Source: Mobula hypostoma
Lineage: Eukaryota
NCBI RefSeq assembly: GCF_963921235.1
Contig: NC_086097.1
Location: 140,740,001 to 140,804,000 of the forward strand
Reading direction: 5' to 3'
Length of the DNA stretch: 64,000 nt
The position numbers and the translations under genes were made by a program. How positions within the stretch are numbered: position 1 is the first letter of the stretch; every line of letters starts with the position of its first letter. Below the pieces are notes generated by a model, which did not search any database, was not told where the DNA came from, and saw nothing but the letters and a program-made list of their open reading frames with translations. Below are positions 36,764 through 49,300 of this stretch, piece by piece.

Positions 36764-39120
36764 TCGACGAGCAGCCAGTCAAACGGAACCGCCGATCCGG
36801 AGACTGCAGCGACACCCAGCTAGAACTGCGCTTACCTGTATATGTCGGGCAGGAATTAATGTGTGCCCAGGAGGCAGGGACAGAAGCAGCCGATTCTGCA
36901 CGTCCGCAATTCCATTACAAAGAAGGGAAGTCTTCTGCTTTAGAGACGAGGGTGCAGCCATCACTCAATGAGTTACAGAGTCACAGAACACTACAGCACA
37001 GAAATAGGCCATTCAGCCAATCTAGTCTGTGCTGGCCATTAATCTGCCTAGTCCGATGGACCCATACCCGGACCATAGCCCTCCATACCCCTCGCATCCA
37101 TGTACTTATCCAAATTTCACTTAAATGTTGAAATCAATCTCACATCCACCACTTGCGCTGGCAGCTCACTCCACACTCTCACCATCCTCTGAGTGAAGAC
37201 GTTCTCTCTCATGTTCGCCTTAAATATCTCACCTTTCACCCTTAACCCATGACCTCTGGTTGTAGTCCCATCCAAGCTTAATGGAAAAAAGCCTGCCTGC
37301 ATTTACCCTATATATACCATTCAACATTTTGTAAATCTGTATCATATCTCCCTTAATCTTCTACGTTTGAGGCAGTAAAGTCCTAATTTATTCAATCTTT
37401 CCTATAACTCAGGTCCTCAATTCCCAACAGCATCCTTGTAAGTATTAACTATATAACCATATAACAATTACAGCACGGAAATAGCCACCTCGGCCCTTCT
37501 AGTCCGTGCCGAACGCTTAGTCACCTAGTCCCACCGACCTGCACTCAGCCCACAACCCTTCTTTCCTTTCCTGTCCATATAGCTATCCAATTTTACTTTA
37601 AATGACAATATCGAACCTGCCTCTACCACTTCTGCTGGAAGCTCGTTCCACACAGCTACCACTCTCTCAGTAAAGAAGTTCCCCCTCATGGAACCCCTAA
37701 ACTTTTGCACCTTAACTCTCATCTCATGTCCTCTTGTTTGAATCTCCCCTACTCTCAATGGAAAAAGCCTATCTACGTCAACTCTATCTATCTCCCTCAT
37801 AATTTTAAATACCTCTATTAGGTCCCCCCTCAACCTTCTACGCTCCAAAGAATAAAGACCCAACTTGTTCAACCTTTCTCTGCAACTTACGTGCTGAAAA
37901 CCAGGTAACATTCTAGAAAATCTTCTCTGTACTCTCTCTATTTTGTTGACATCTTTCCTATAATTCGGTGGCCAGAACTGTACACAATACAATTTGGACT
38001 TACCAATGTCTTGTAAAATTTTAACATTACATCCCAACTCCTATACTCAATACTCTGATTTTTTTAAAGGCCAGCATACCAAAAGCTTTTTGATTAGTTC
38101 TACCAAAATGTAGCACCTCACATTTATCAGCATTAAACTCCATCTGCCATCTTTCAGCCCACTCTTCTAACTGGCCTAAATCTCTCTGCAGGCTTTGAAA
38201 ACCTACTTCATTATCCACAACGCCACCAATCTTAGTATCATCTGCATACTTACCAATCCAATTTACCACCCCATCATCCAGATCATTCATGTATATGACA
38301 ATCAACATTGGACCCCCCAGTACAGATCCCTGAGGCACACTACTAGTCACCGGCCTCCATTCTGATAAACAGTTATCCACTACTACTCTCTGGCATCTCC
38401 CATCCAGCCACTGCTGAATCCATTTTACTACTTCACTATTAATACCTAACGATTGAACCTTCCTAGCTAACCTTCCGTGTGGAAGCTTGTCAAAGGCCTT
38501 ACTGAAGTCCATATAGACAACATCCACCACTTTACCCTCGTCAACTTTCCTAGTAATCGCTTCAAAAAATTCAATAAGATTTGTCAAACATGACCTTCCA
38601 CGCACAAATCCATGTTGACTGTTCCTAATCAGGCCCTGTCTATCCAGATAATTATATATACCATCTCTAAGAATACTTTCCATCAATTTATCCACCACTG
38701 ACGTCAAACTCACAGGTCGTTAATTGCTAGGTTTACTCTTAGAACCCTTTTTAAACAATGGAATAACATGAGCAATGCGTCAATCGTCTGGCACCATCCC
38801 CGTTTCTAATGACATTTGAAATATTTCTGTCAGAGCCTCTGCTATTTCTACACTAACTTCCCACAAGGTCCTAGGGAATATCCTGTCAGGACCCGGAGAC
38901 TTATCCACTTTTATATTCCTTAAAAGCGCCAGTACTTCCTCTTCTTTAATCATCATAGTTTCTATACATTCACTACCTGTTTCCCTTACCTTACACATTT
39001 CAATATCCTTCTCTTTAGTGAATACCGAAGAAAAGAAATTGTTCAAAATCTCCCCCATCTCTTTTGGTTCCACACATAGCTGTCCACTCTGATTCTCTAA
39101 GAGATCAATTTTATCTCTCT

Positions 39121-42100
39121 GTACATACATCTATTGATGCTTCTGGACACATCTTCCGTGATGTTCTTGGAATCATCGGGTGTTTCGGGTCTTTCAACAT
39201 TATACAACCTCCTCCAGGTGACCCAGCCGGGGCTGATCAGACCCCAGCTTGTGTCCAGATGGCTAGCTACTTATGACTCCATGGCTCCCCTCTTTTGAGC
39301 CATAGCCATCTTGAGGCCCTCTCTGCCGCATCGGTGGTACTGAGGATGGCTCTCCTCTTCCTCTCTCCCTCGATGCCCAAAATGCTGAAGGCTCTAACTA
39401 AAGAATGGGCTACGAATCCCCTACAACCAACCTCCACTGGGAGACACCTCGCTCTACATCCAGCCTGTTGACAGTTGCTGACTAGTCCTGCGTACTTCGA
39501 GAGCTTCTTTTCGAAGGCCTCTTCCAAGCTATCTTCCCATGGGACTGTCAGCTCCAGCAGCACCACTTGCTTAGTCGACTCAGACACTAGGACAATGTCT
39601 GTTCGCAGAGTGGTGGCTGCGATATGGTTGGGGAACTTTAGCTGCCCTTCGAGGTCCAGCAACAGCTGCCAGTCCCTTGCAGAGGTCAGAATGCCTGCAG
39701 ATGTTCTTTTGGCAGGTATTGGCTGCTCTCCAACTCTGACAAAGGCAATGGTCTGATTGGAGGGTCGGGACCGCTTTGCCCACTCAACTCCTGCACTGAC
39801 GGCTTCAGCGATGGTCTTCAGGACCTGATCATGCCTCCACCTGTACCGTCCCTCACCAAGTGCCCTTGCACAGCCGCTAAGGATGTACTCCAGGGTTCCT
39901 CGCTTGGAGCACAGTGGGCACGCAGATGACTGTGCCTTGCCCCATGTGTGCAGGCTTGATGGGATTGGAAGCACATCGTACACTGCCTGAATGAGAAATT
40001 GGATGCGGTGTGGTTCAGCTTTCCAAAAATCAGCCCAGGTCACTTTCCTCTAAACCGCATTCTCCCATCTTGTCCAAGCTCCCTGTTGCTTCATTCCCAC
40101 CATCTTGCAGGCTCTCATCTCCTCCACTACTGCTCTCACCTCCTCCTGATCTAGATGACGCCTTTCCTTCCCTCTGGTGTCCATTTGGGGAGTTGGAAAG
40201 GATCCTAGCCCAGCTCGGCCTCGTGTGACCACTCCCACCAGCCTCCTGTGACGCAGCCTCGCCTCTGCCTCCTGAACAGCTTCCTCTGCCCTCCACTTTC
40301 TGCCAGTACTTACTTGGATCCCTGCTCTAGCCACCTTCTGGTCACTTCAGTCCCTATACTGTAGCACTTCTCTGGCTCTTATTACCTTGAATTCTTCCTC
40401 CAAGGATTTGAAGGGCAGTTGCAGTTTGTTGTGGTGTCCATGGAGTGCGATGCTGCTCAGGCTCTTCGGCAGCCCCAGCCATCTCCTGAGGTGGTTGCTA
40501 ACCCTCCTCTCTAAGGTTTCGACTGTTGAGATCGGAACTGCATAGACGAGGAGGGGCCACAGGATTCTGGGAAGAATGCCATGCTGATACACCCAGGCTT
40601 TAAAGTTCCCAGCTAGGCCAGACTTGTCCACAGATTTCAGCCAGCCATCCAACTCGGTGCATGTTCCCTGAATGGATGTTGTGTCCCTTAAATAGCTGTC
40701 GAAAACTTTGCCTAAGCTCTTGACTGGCTTTTCTGTGATGGTTAGGATGGCTGTGCCTGCGATGCAGAACCGGAACTTATACTCACCTTCCCTTTCCTCA
40801 GCACCATTGATCTTGATTTGGCAGGTTTGAAACGCATCCGGGCCCACTCCACCAGCTTTTCGAGCCCTTGTAGGAATCTCTGGCAGCCTGGGACTGATTC
40901 TGTGGTGACTGTGAGGTCATCCATGAATGCCCTGATAGGTGGTTGCCGTTGAGTGGAGTTCATTCTGGGCCCTCTGCACTCTGGTTCAGCAGACTTAGTG
41001 AGCATGTTCATGGCTAGGGAGAACAGTGTCACTGAGATAGTGCACCCTGTGATGATGCCGATCTCCACCTTGTGCCAAGTTGATGTAATTGCTCCTGAAG
41101 AGACCCTCATCCTGAAGTTGCTGTAATAATTAGCGATAAGGTCTCTGATTCTGCTGGGGATGTGATATTTGGTCAGGGTGAGCTGCACCACCTTGTGCGG
41201 AATGGAGCCACATGCATTTGGCAGGTCGAGCCACAACACTGACAGGTTGCCCTTGTTCTCTCTGGCCTCCCTGATGAGCCGTGTCACCACACCGATGTGC
41301 TCCAGACAGCCCGGTATCCCTGAAATGCCACTCTTCTGGACTGATGTATCAATATAGGTGTTCTTTGCTAGGTAGGTGCACAGCCGGTTAGAAACTGCAC
41401 TGAAGAAGATCTTCGCCTCGACACACAGCAGGGAGGTGATGCGAAACTGATCTATCTGGGTGGAATTTTCCTCCTTTGGAATCCACACCCCTTCAGCCAC
41501 TCTCCACTGTTCTGGGATCTTCCCACTTCTCCAGAAGATTCTCAGGATCTTCCACAGACGCAGCAGGAGTTTGGGGCAGTTCTTGTACACTTTGTACGAG
41601 GTGTTGCTTGGTCCAGGAGCCGAGCTTGCCCTTGCTTTGCGGACGACCTCTCTGACTTCCTCTAGTTGCAGCTCTGACATGTCGAACTGCACATCCGGTT
41701 CAGGTGGGTCTATTAGGATGTCGCACTCTCCCAACTCCTGCTCTCTTTCAGGATCATTATATATCTTCTTCAGATGTTGGTCTATGTCTTCCTGCGAACA
41801 GGCCAGTTTCCCACTGCGTTTCTCCCCTAGCAACTCCATGGTGAACTTGAAGGGGTTGGCGATAAAGGCAGCACGTTTTCCCGCCCTTTCACGATGCCGC
41901 CTCCGATGCCACTCTGCCCGACGGAGGACCCTGATCTTCTTTCGTAGTAGGCACATCAGCTGGGCCAGGCCAATGCGTTCCTATTCTCCTGCCTCCTTGT
42001 ATTGGGACTTCAGAGCTTTCATCTCCTGCCTGATGTTGTGGATCCTCAATGCTCTTTGCTTCTTCCAGTCAGATGTTTTGGAGCCTTCCTTCTCCTCTTC

Positions 42101-42736
42101 TCCGAAACGTTCAGCTGCGATACTGACAATAGTTGTTGTCATGGCTTGCAGCTTCCTATCAACCCCTCCGTTCGCCGTTGCCTCCAGAATTTGGTTAACA
42201 TCTTCATCAAACTGCTTCCACAGTGAAGTCATGTTAGCTGCAGGCCATTTGATCCGCCTCCTGTTACACTTCATGTTCGAGGGATTAGTTTGCAACACTT
42301 GGAGGTTCCGGGCAGTATGGGATGACTCCTTCGTCTCACCAGGTTGGACATCTGCGCGTTGTGCTACTCCTGCTCCCGCCACACACTTCATCCTCGCTTG
42401 GTGGATCTTCAAGCCACGATCGTTCTTGCAGATTTTGCCACATGCACACTGCTTCTTCATTGTCGTTTGTTCATTGCCTGGGTCTGATGTCGTTCTGTCC
42501 ATCCAGCTGGGGTGCTCATCCACTTCTCGGGCACCCCTGGGGGTATCTTTTCCTTAGATTCTTTGTAGCTTTTGTGGGGGTTCTCCTCTCAGAGGATACA
42601 GATTGGGTTGCCAGCCCGTTCTGCCCCGTTTGCCGTCTCTCCGGGCTGTCACTGACTCTCCAGTCGTCATCATTCTTTTCGCGGTTGTCACCCAGTCTTT
42701 CCTGGTTGTCACTGATTAACTTAGGGTGTAAGCTGT
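39121..42736 (-). mobile_element. Near-full-length HERO-clade (R2/NeSL-group) non-LTR retrotransposon, frameshifted
   Basis: N-terminal zinc finger CACGKICKNDRGLKIHQARMKC, RT (SAPGP, WLDL.NA.GSIPH, FMDDL), and C-terminal CPLC..RHDQVL..DIVL..LLELTVPWE restriction-like endonuclease. Split over five ORFs. Confidence 0.85.
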
Positions 42737-43239
42737 GTACATACATCTATTGATGCTTCTGGACATATCTTCAGTGATGTTCCTGGAATCATAGAAGTCT
42801 ACTAGTTGAATAGAAAGACAAAAGAGCTAAGATGGCAGCCGGCATGGAGCAGCTATTTTTGTACCATATGATCAAGTGGTCAAAAATCAGGTTTAACATC
42901 ACTGACATCTGTTGCGAAATTTGTTATGTGGCAACTGTGTACATACATCTATTGATGCTTCTGGACTCATCTTCAGTGATGTTCCTGGAATCATCGGGTG
43001 ATTCGGGTCTTTCAACTTCATACAACCTCCTCCAGGTGACCCAGCCGGGGTTGATCAGACCCCAGCTTGTGTCCAGATGGCTAGCTGCTTATGACTCCAT
43101 GGCTCCCCTCTTTTGAGCCACAGCCATCTTGAGGCCCTCTCTGCCGCATACTGCTCACTATCCTTTTGCTATTAATATAACTGTAGAACCCTTTGGATTT
43201 ATTTTCACCTTACTTGCTAAAGCAACCTCGTATCTTCTT

Positions 43240-43830
43240 GTCGGCCAGAGAAAGCAGGATCTCCCAGTGGCCACACATTTTAATTTCACATCGCATTCCC
43301 ATTCTGACATGTCTATCCACGGCCTCCTCTACTGTAAAGATGAAGCCACACTCAGGTTGGAGGAACAACACCTTATATTCCGTCTGGGTAGCCTCCAACC
43401 TGATGGCATGAACATCGACTTCTCTAACTTCCGCTAAGGCCCCACCTCTCCCTCATACCCCATCTGTTACTTACTTTTACGCACACGTTCTTTCTCTCAC
43501 TCTCCTATTTCTCCCTCTGTCCCTCTGAATATACCTCTTGCCCTTCCTCTGGGTCCCCCCCCCCCTTGTCTTTCTTCCCGGACCTCCTGTCCCATGATCC
43601 TCTCGTATCCCCTTTTGCCTATCACCTGTCCAGCTCTTGACTCTATCCCTCCCCCTCCTGTCTTCTCCTATCATTTTGGATCTCCTCCTCCCCCTCCAGC
43701 TTTCAAATCCCTTACTCACTCTTCCTTCAGTTAGTCCTGACAGAGGGTCTCGGCCTGAAACGTCGACTGCACCTCTTCCTACAGATGCTGCCTGGCCTGC
43801 TGCGTTCACCAGCAACTTTGATGTGTGTTG
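43240..43830 (+). mobile_element. Penelope 3' fragment
   Basis: Perfect 13-bp TSD CTCGTATCTTCTT (43227-43239, 43831-43843). Confidence 0.85.
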
Positions 43831-44790
43831 CTCGTATCTTCTTTTAGCTTTTCTAATTTCTTTCATAAGATTCTTTTCACATTCTTTATATTCCTCGCGC
43901 ACCTCATTTATTCCATGCTGCCCATATTTATTGTAGATATCTCTCTTTTTCCGAACCAAGTTTCCAATATCCCTTGAAAATCATGGCTCTTTCAAACTTT
44001 TAACCTTTTCTTTCAACCTAACAGGAACATAAAGATTCTGTACCCTCAAAACGGCACCTTCAAATGACCTCCATTTCTCTATTACATCCTTCCCATAACA
44101 CAACTTGTCCCAATCCACTCCTTCTAAATCCTTTCGCATCTCTTTAAAGTTAACCTGCACGTGCATGTAACGTGAGCTGTATAACTCATCTCCTTCTACC
44201 TTAATTCACGAACTTATCAATCACCCATATGTGGACACTTTCTGGAGGTCCAAGATCCGTATGCTCCACGACCGCTAGACTAAGTGTGTAAATGTAGGAG
44301 GGGACTATGTTGAAAAATAAATGTGCTAGATTTTATAAAACTGACTCCTTCTACCTTAGGCCAAGAACATATCAATCACCCCTTGTATAGTAGTTTTTTT
44401 ACTGCATTCTACTGCTGCCGTGAAAAAAAAACAAATTTCATGACATACGTGAGTGATGATTAACCTAATTCCAATATGGGTCTAGATTGTGGACTGAGAC
44501 GTGGGCAGGGAGAGGTGAATTTCGGTTGAGAGAAGGGTAACCGAGAAGGCGTAGGAGTGGAAAGCACCAGAGAGACATGGTGTTAAGATCAATAAATCAA
44601 TTGTTTGGAATCAAGTGACCCTGCCTGGTGTCTCAGGACTGGTTGTGTCTGCACCCGAGCCTCTCTTCGCCCCTGGCACTTCCGCTCTCTCACCTGTCCC
44701 ACACTCCTCCCGTGGCGCTCTATCTTCCCTTTCCCACCATCCTTTGCTCCTGCAAGATTTACAAACTCTCCGTTCCCCGTTTGACAAATA

Positions 44791-44849
44791 CAGTAGTGTG
44801 TAAAAGTCTTAGGCACCCTATACATGCCTAAGATTTTTGCACAGTACTG
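44791..44849. mobile_element. 59-bp Tc1/mariner-type miniature inverted-repeat element
   Basis: 25-bp TIRs (CAGTAGTGTGTAAAAGTCTTAGGCA / CAGTACTGTGCAAAAATCTTAGGCA) flanked by TA on both sides. Confidence 0.75.
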
Positions 44850-46385
44850 TATATTCGGTATATGGGCCTCCAATCTGCAGAACAACCCTCCATTGACATC
44901 CCCGGGCTCCTACAACAAGGCAATTTAATGTCCTTCTGACCTGCTCACCCTGATCCCGTGTAACACCACCCCCCCACCCCGCAGATCAGAATGTCTTGCC
45001 GATTCTTCTACAAGGCCTTGCTAAAGTCCATGTAGATAAAACCGTACCCTCATTAATGATCACTAATTCAATAATGTCGGTCAAGTTCAAGACACGTGGC
45101 ATTCCCATGTACTGACTATCCCCAATTAGTCTTGCGTTTCCAAATGCTCTGAAATCTCGACCCTCAGAAATCCTTCCAGCAACTCGTCTGCATTTTGCTG
45201 ACTTCTCCTTGCCTGGCTATGCTCCGTCTACTCAAATATCTGTCGAAATGTGTGTCTGAATCTACAAACTGCTTTGACAGCATGTTCCAGAAATCATTCA
45301 CTCCTTTTGTAACGATCCTGTGAAGTCCCCTATAAAACACTCTCCTTCCCTGAAACTCCGAGCGTTGGCTTTTTCCCAAGCCACTATTCAGGTGGGCCAA
45401 GCAATGTTATTCCATTACACCAAACTCTTCTTCATTTTATTCAAAATAATATGACAGTCAATCAGGATTAGAAGAAGAGTGGAATAGAATTGTACTGGAG
45501 TGGAATCAGTCTGCAGTTGAACGGGAAACTTCATCACTTCTATTCAAGAAACAATTCATTTCAAATTCTAGCACTTGCGTCCTCATTTAGAACTCTAACT
45601 CCAAACTACTGTTCACTCGTGCACTGAAGTGTATTAAGCTCGGACTTTGTCTTAAACCTCCAGATGAACAAAAGTCCACCAACTAGATTTAACAATATAT
45701 TCATAAATGGAGAGTTTCCTTTAATCTTTTCTCAATTAATTGTCATAAAACTCTTTCCCTGTACTTCCATGGTAAAGGTTTATGCTTATTGGCTGCACTC
45801 TTTCAAAACTGAAACAATTGTCGAAGATACTCAAAGTGTGTTGTTTTGTGACATTGTTCCATGGAATGGACAAGGCTAATTCCGCTATTAACGTTTATTT
45901 CATATTTCTGTATCGAGAAATATTAAATGGTAATATAGAAAAACTCAACATTAACGCATTAAACCATATCAGTCATCTGTGCAAAGCGACTTTTGACATT
46001 GGTGGTTCCTTCTTTGATCGTATAAAGGGAACCCTGAAGACCTGTAAACAGCTGCTTCAAAAGTCTCACAATTCAAATCGTCACTGATACTAAGAGATTC
46101 ACCACAATGAAAGCTTCTTTTCTTCAGAGCAATTTCATTTTTCAAAACTACACTTTCAAATTCACGATATACTTTGATAATATGTTATATCCCAGTCCGA
46201 TTTTTTTGTTATTAATTTATGCATTTTACATTGATTTAATGTATGATTAGCATCCATTCAGGAGACGAATTACGTTAATGAAAATTGTTTAAGTGATGTG
46301 ATCATTTCCAAACTTTGCAAAGCGTATTCCCATATATAAAAACTACCCCTGGAATGATCGCCTACAATTAAGCTGACTCATGGGA

Positions 46386-49300
46386 CTCAGGATAGGGCGG
46401 ATGGTAAAAAAGTAAAAATAGCCTGCAGTCAGATTGTCAGGAAGGGCAGGGAGGTGATGGGACTTAGTTGCAGCCAACAGACTGAATATTAAGTCATTAG
46501 GGGTGCAGAATCAGAAAGGATGTTAAATATGATAATCAAGGTGCTGTATCTAAATGTGCGTAGTATAACAAATAAGGTAGATGATCTTGTTGCAATATTA
46601 CAGATTGCCTGGTATGATGTTGTGGCCATCACCGAATTGTGGCTGAAGTATGGTTGAAGTGGGAGCGGAATGTCCAAACTTACCTTATATCGGAGGGACA
46701 GGAAGGTAGGCAGAGGGGTGGTGTGGCTCTACTGTTAAAGCATGGCATCAAGTCAGTAGAAAGATGTGACATAGGATCAGAAGATGTTGAATCCTTGTGG
46801 GTTGAGTTCAGAAACTGCAAGGGTAAAAGGAAGTTGATGGCAGTTATATACATGCCTCCCAAGGCTGGGAGGTGGACCGCAGGTTACAACAGGAAATAGA
46901 AGAGGCGAGTCAAAAGGGAAATGTTATGGTAGTCATGGGAGATTTTAACCTGCAGGTCGATTGGGAAAATCAGGTTGGTAATGGATCTCAAGAGAGTGAG
47001 TTTGTTGAAGGCCTAAGAAATTGCTTTTTAGAGGAGTTTGTCGTTGAGTCTATTAGGGGATTAGCGATACTGGATTGGGTGTTAAGTAAAGAACCGGAGG
47101 CAAATAGGGAGCCTAAAGTAAAAGAACCCTTAGGAACCAGTGAACACAATATGATTGTGTTCAGCTTGAAATTTAATAGGGAGAAAGTAGAGTCTGATGT
47201 AGCTGTATTTCCGTGGAGTAAGGAAAATTACAGTGGTATGAGAGAGGAGTTGGCCAAAGTAAATTGGAAGGAGCTGCTGGCGGGGACGTCAGCACAGCAG
47301 CAATAGCGTGCGTTTCTGGGAAAAATGAGTAAGGTGCAGGTTAGGTGTATTCCAAAAATGAAGAAATACTCAAATGGTAAGATAGTACAACCATGGCTGA
47401 CCAGGGAAGTCAAAGCTATTGTGAAGTAAAAGAAAGGGCATACAACGAAACAAAATTAGTGGGAAGATAGAGGATTCTGAAGTTTTTAAAAACCTACAAC
47501 AGCAATTAAAAATCATTAGAAGGGAAAAGATGAAATATGAAAGCAAGCTCTCGAATAATATCAAAGCGGATAGTAAAAGATTTTTCAAGTATGTTAAAAA
47601 TAAAAGAGAAATGAGATTGGATATAGGACCGCTAAAAATGAGGCAAGAGAAATAATAACGGGGGACAAGGAGATGACTGACGAATTAATGAGTATTTTGC
47701 GTCAGTCTTCACTGTGGAAGACACTAACAGTATGCCAGATATTGTAGTGTGTGAAGGAAGAGAAATGGGTGCAGTTGCTGTTACAAGAGGGAATGGTGCC
47801 AGACTGGAAAATTGCAAATGTCTCTCCACACTTTAAGACAATAGACAATAGACAATAGACAATAGGTGCAGGAATAGGCCATTCGGCCATTCGAGCCAGC
47901 ACCGCCATTCACTGTGATCATGGCTGATCATCCACAATCAGTATCCAGTTCCTGCCTTCTCCCCATAACCTTTGATTCTGCTGTCTTTAAGAGCTCTATC
48001 CATCTCTTTTTTGAAAGCATCCAGTCTTGGCCTCCACAGCTTTCTGGGGCAGAGCATTCCATATATTTCACTCACTGGGTGAAAAAGTTTTTCCTCAACT
48101 CCGGTCTAAATGGCCTACCCCTAATTCTTAAACTGTGGCCTCGGGTTCTGGACTCACCCATCAGCGGGAACATGCTTCCTGCCTCCAGCGTGTCCAATCC
48201 CTTAATGATCTTATATGTTTCAATAAGATCTCCTCTCAGCTTTCTAAATTCCAGAGTATACAAGCCCATTTGCTCCAATCTTTCGACATATGACAGTCCC
48301 GCCATCCCAGGAATTAACCTTGTGAACCTACGCTGCACTCCCTCAATAGCTAGAATGTCCTTCCTCAAATTTGGAGACCAAAACTGCACACAGTACTCCA
48401 GGTGTGGTCTCACCAGGGCCCTGTACAGCTGCAGAAGGACCTCTTTGCTCTTATACTCAATTCCCCTTGTTATGAAGACCAGCATGCCATTAGCTTTCTT
48501 CACTGCCTGCTGTACTTGCATGCTTGCTTTCAGTGACTGATGCACAAGAACACCTAAATCTCGTCGTGCTTCCCATTTTCCTAACTTGACTCCATTTAGA
48601 TAATAATCTGCCTACCCGTTCTTACCACCAAAGTGGATAACCTCACATTTATCCACATTAAACTGAATCCGCCATGCAGCTGCCCACTCACCCAGTCTAT
48701 CCAAGTCACCCTACATTCTCATAACATCCTCCTCACATTTCACACTGCCTCCCAGCTTTGTGTCATCGGCAAATTTGCTAATGTTATTTTTAATTCCCTC
48801 ATCTAAATCGTAATATATATTGTAAACAGCTGCGGTCCCAGCACTGAACCCTGCGGTACCCCACTGGTCACCGCCTGCCATTCCGAAAGGGACCTGTTAA
48901 TCGCTACTCTTTGTTTTCTGTCAGCCAGCCAATTTTCAATCCATGTCAGTACTCTGCCCCCAATACCATGTGCCCTAATTCTGCCCACTAATCTCCTATG
49001 TGGGACTTTATCAAAGGCTTACTGAAAGTCCAGGTACACTACGTCCACTGGCTCTCCCTCGTCCATTTTCAGAGTTACATCCTGAAAAAATTCCAGAAGA
49101 TTAGTCAAGCACGATTTCCCCTTCGTAAATCCATGCTGACTCGGACCGATCCTGTTACTACTATCCAGATCTGTCGTAATTTCATCTTGTATAATTGACT
49201 CCAGCATCTTTCCCACCACCGACGTCAGGCTAACCGGTCTATAATTCCCCGTTTTTTCTCTTCCTCTCTTCTTGAAGAGAGGGACAACATTAGCCACCCT

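Larger units (their letters stand above)
37460..44160 (-). mobile_element. CR1 LINE (pieces 37460-39120, 43150-43239, 43831-44160) split by HERO and Penelope insertions
   Basis: RT ORFs 37525-38037, 38027-38713 (YADDTKIGG) and 38780-39130. The sequence resumes after each insertion. Confidence 0.85.

Noticed and set aside
36295-37131. 278-aa ORF
   Set aside because: Read-through of leader, intron, V exon, RSS and downstream DNA into a CR1 tail; not a real protein.
41460-42557. 365-aa plus-strand ORF
   Set aside because: Antisense shadow of the HERO ORF, with no recognisable domain.
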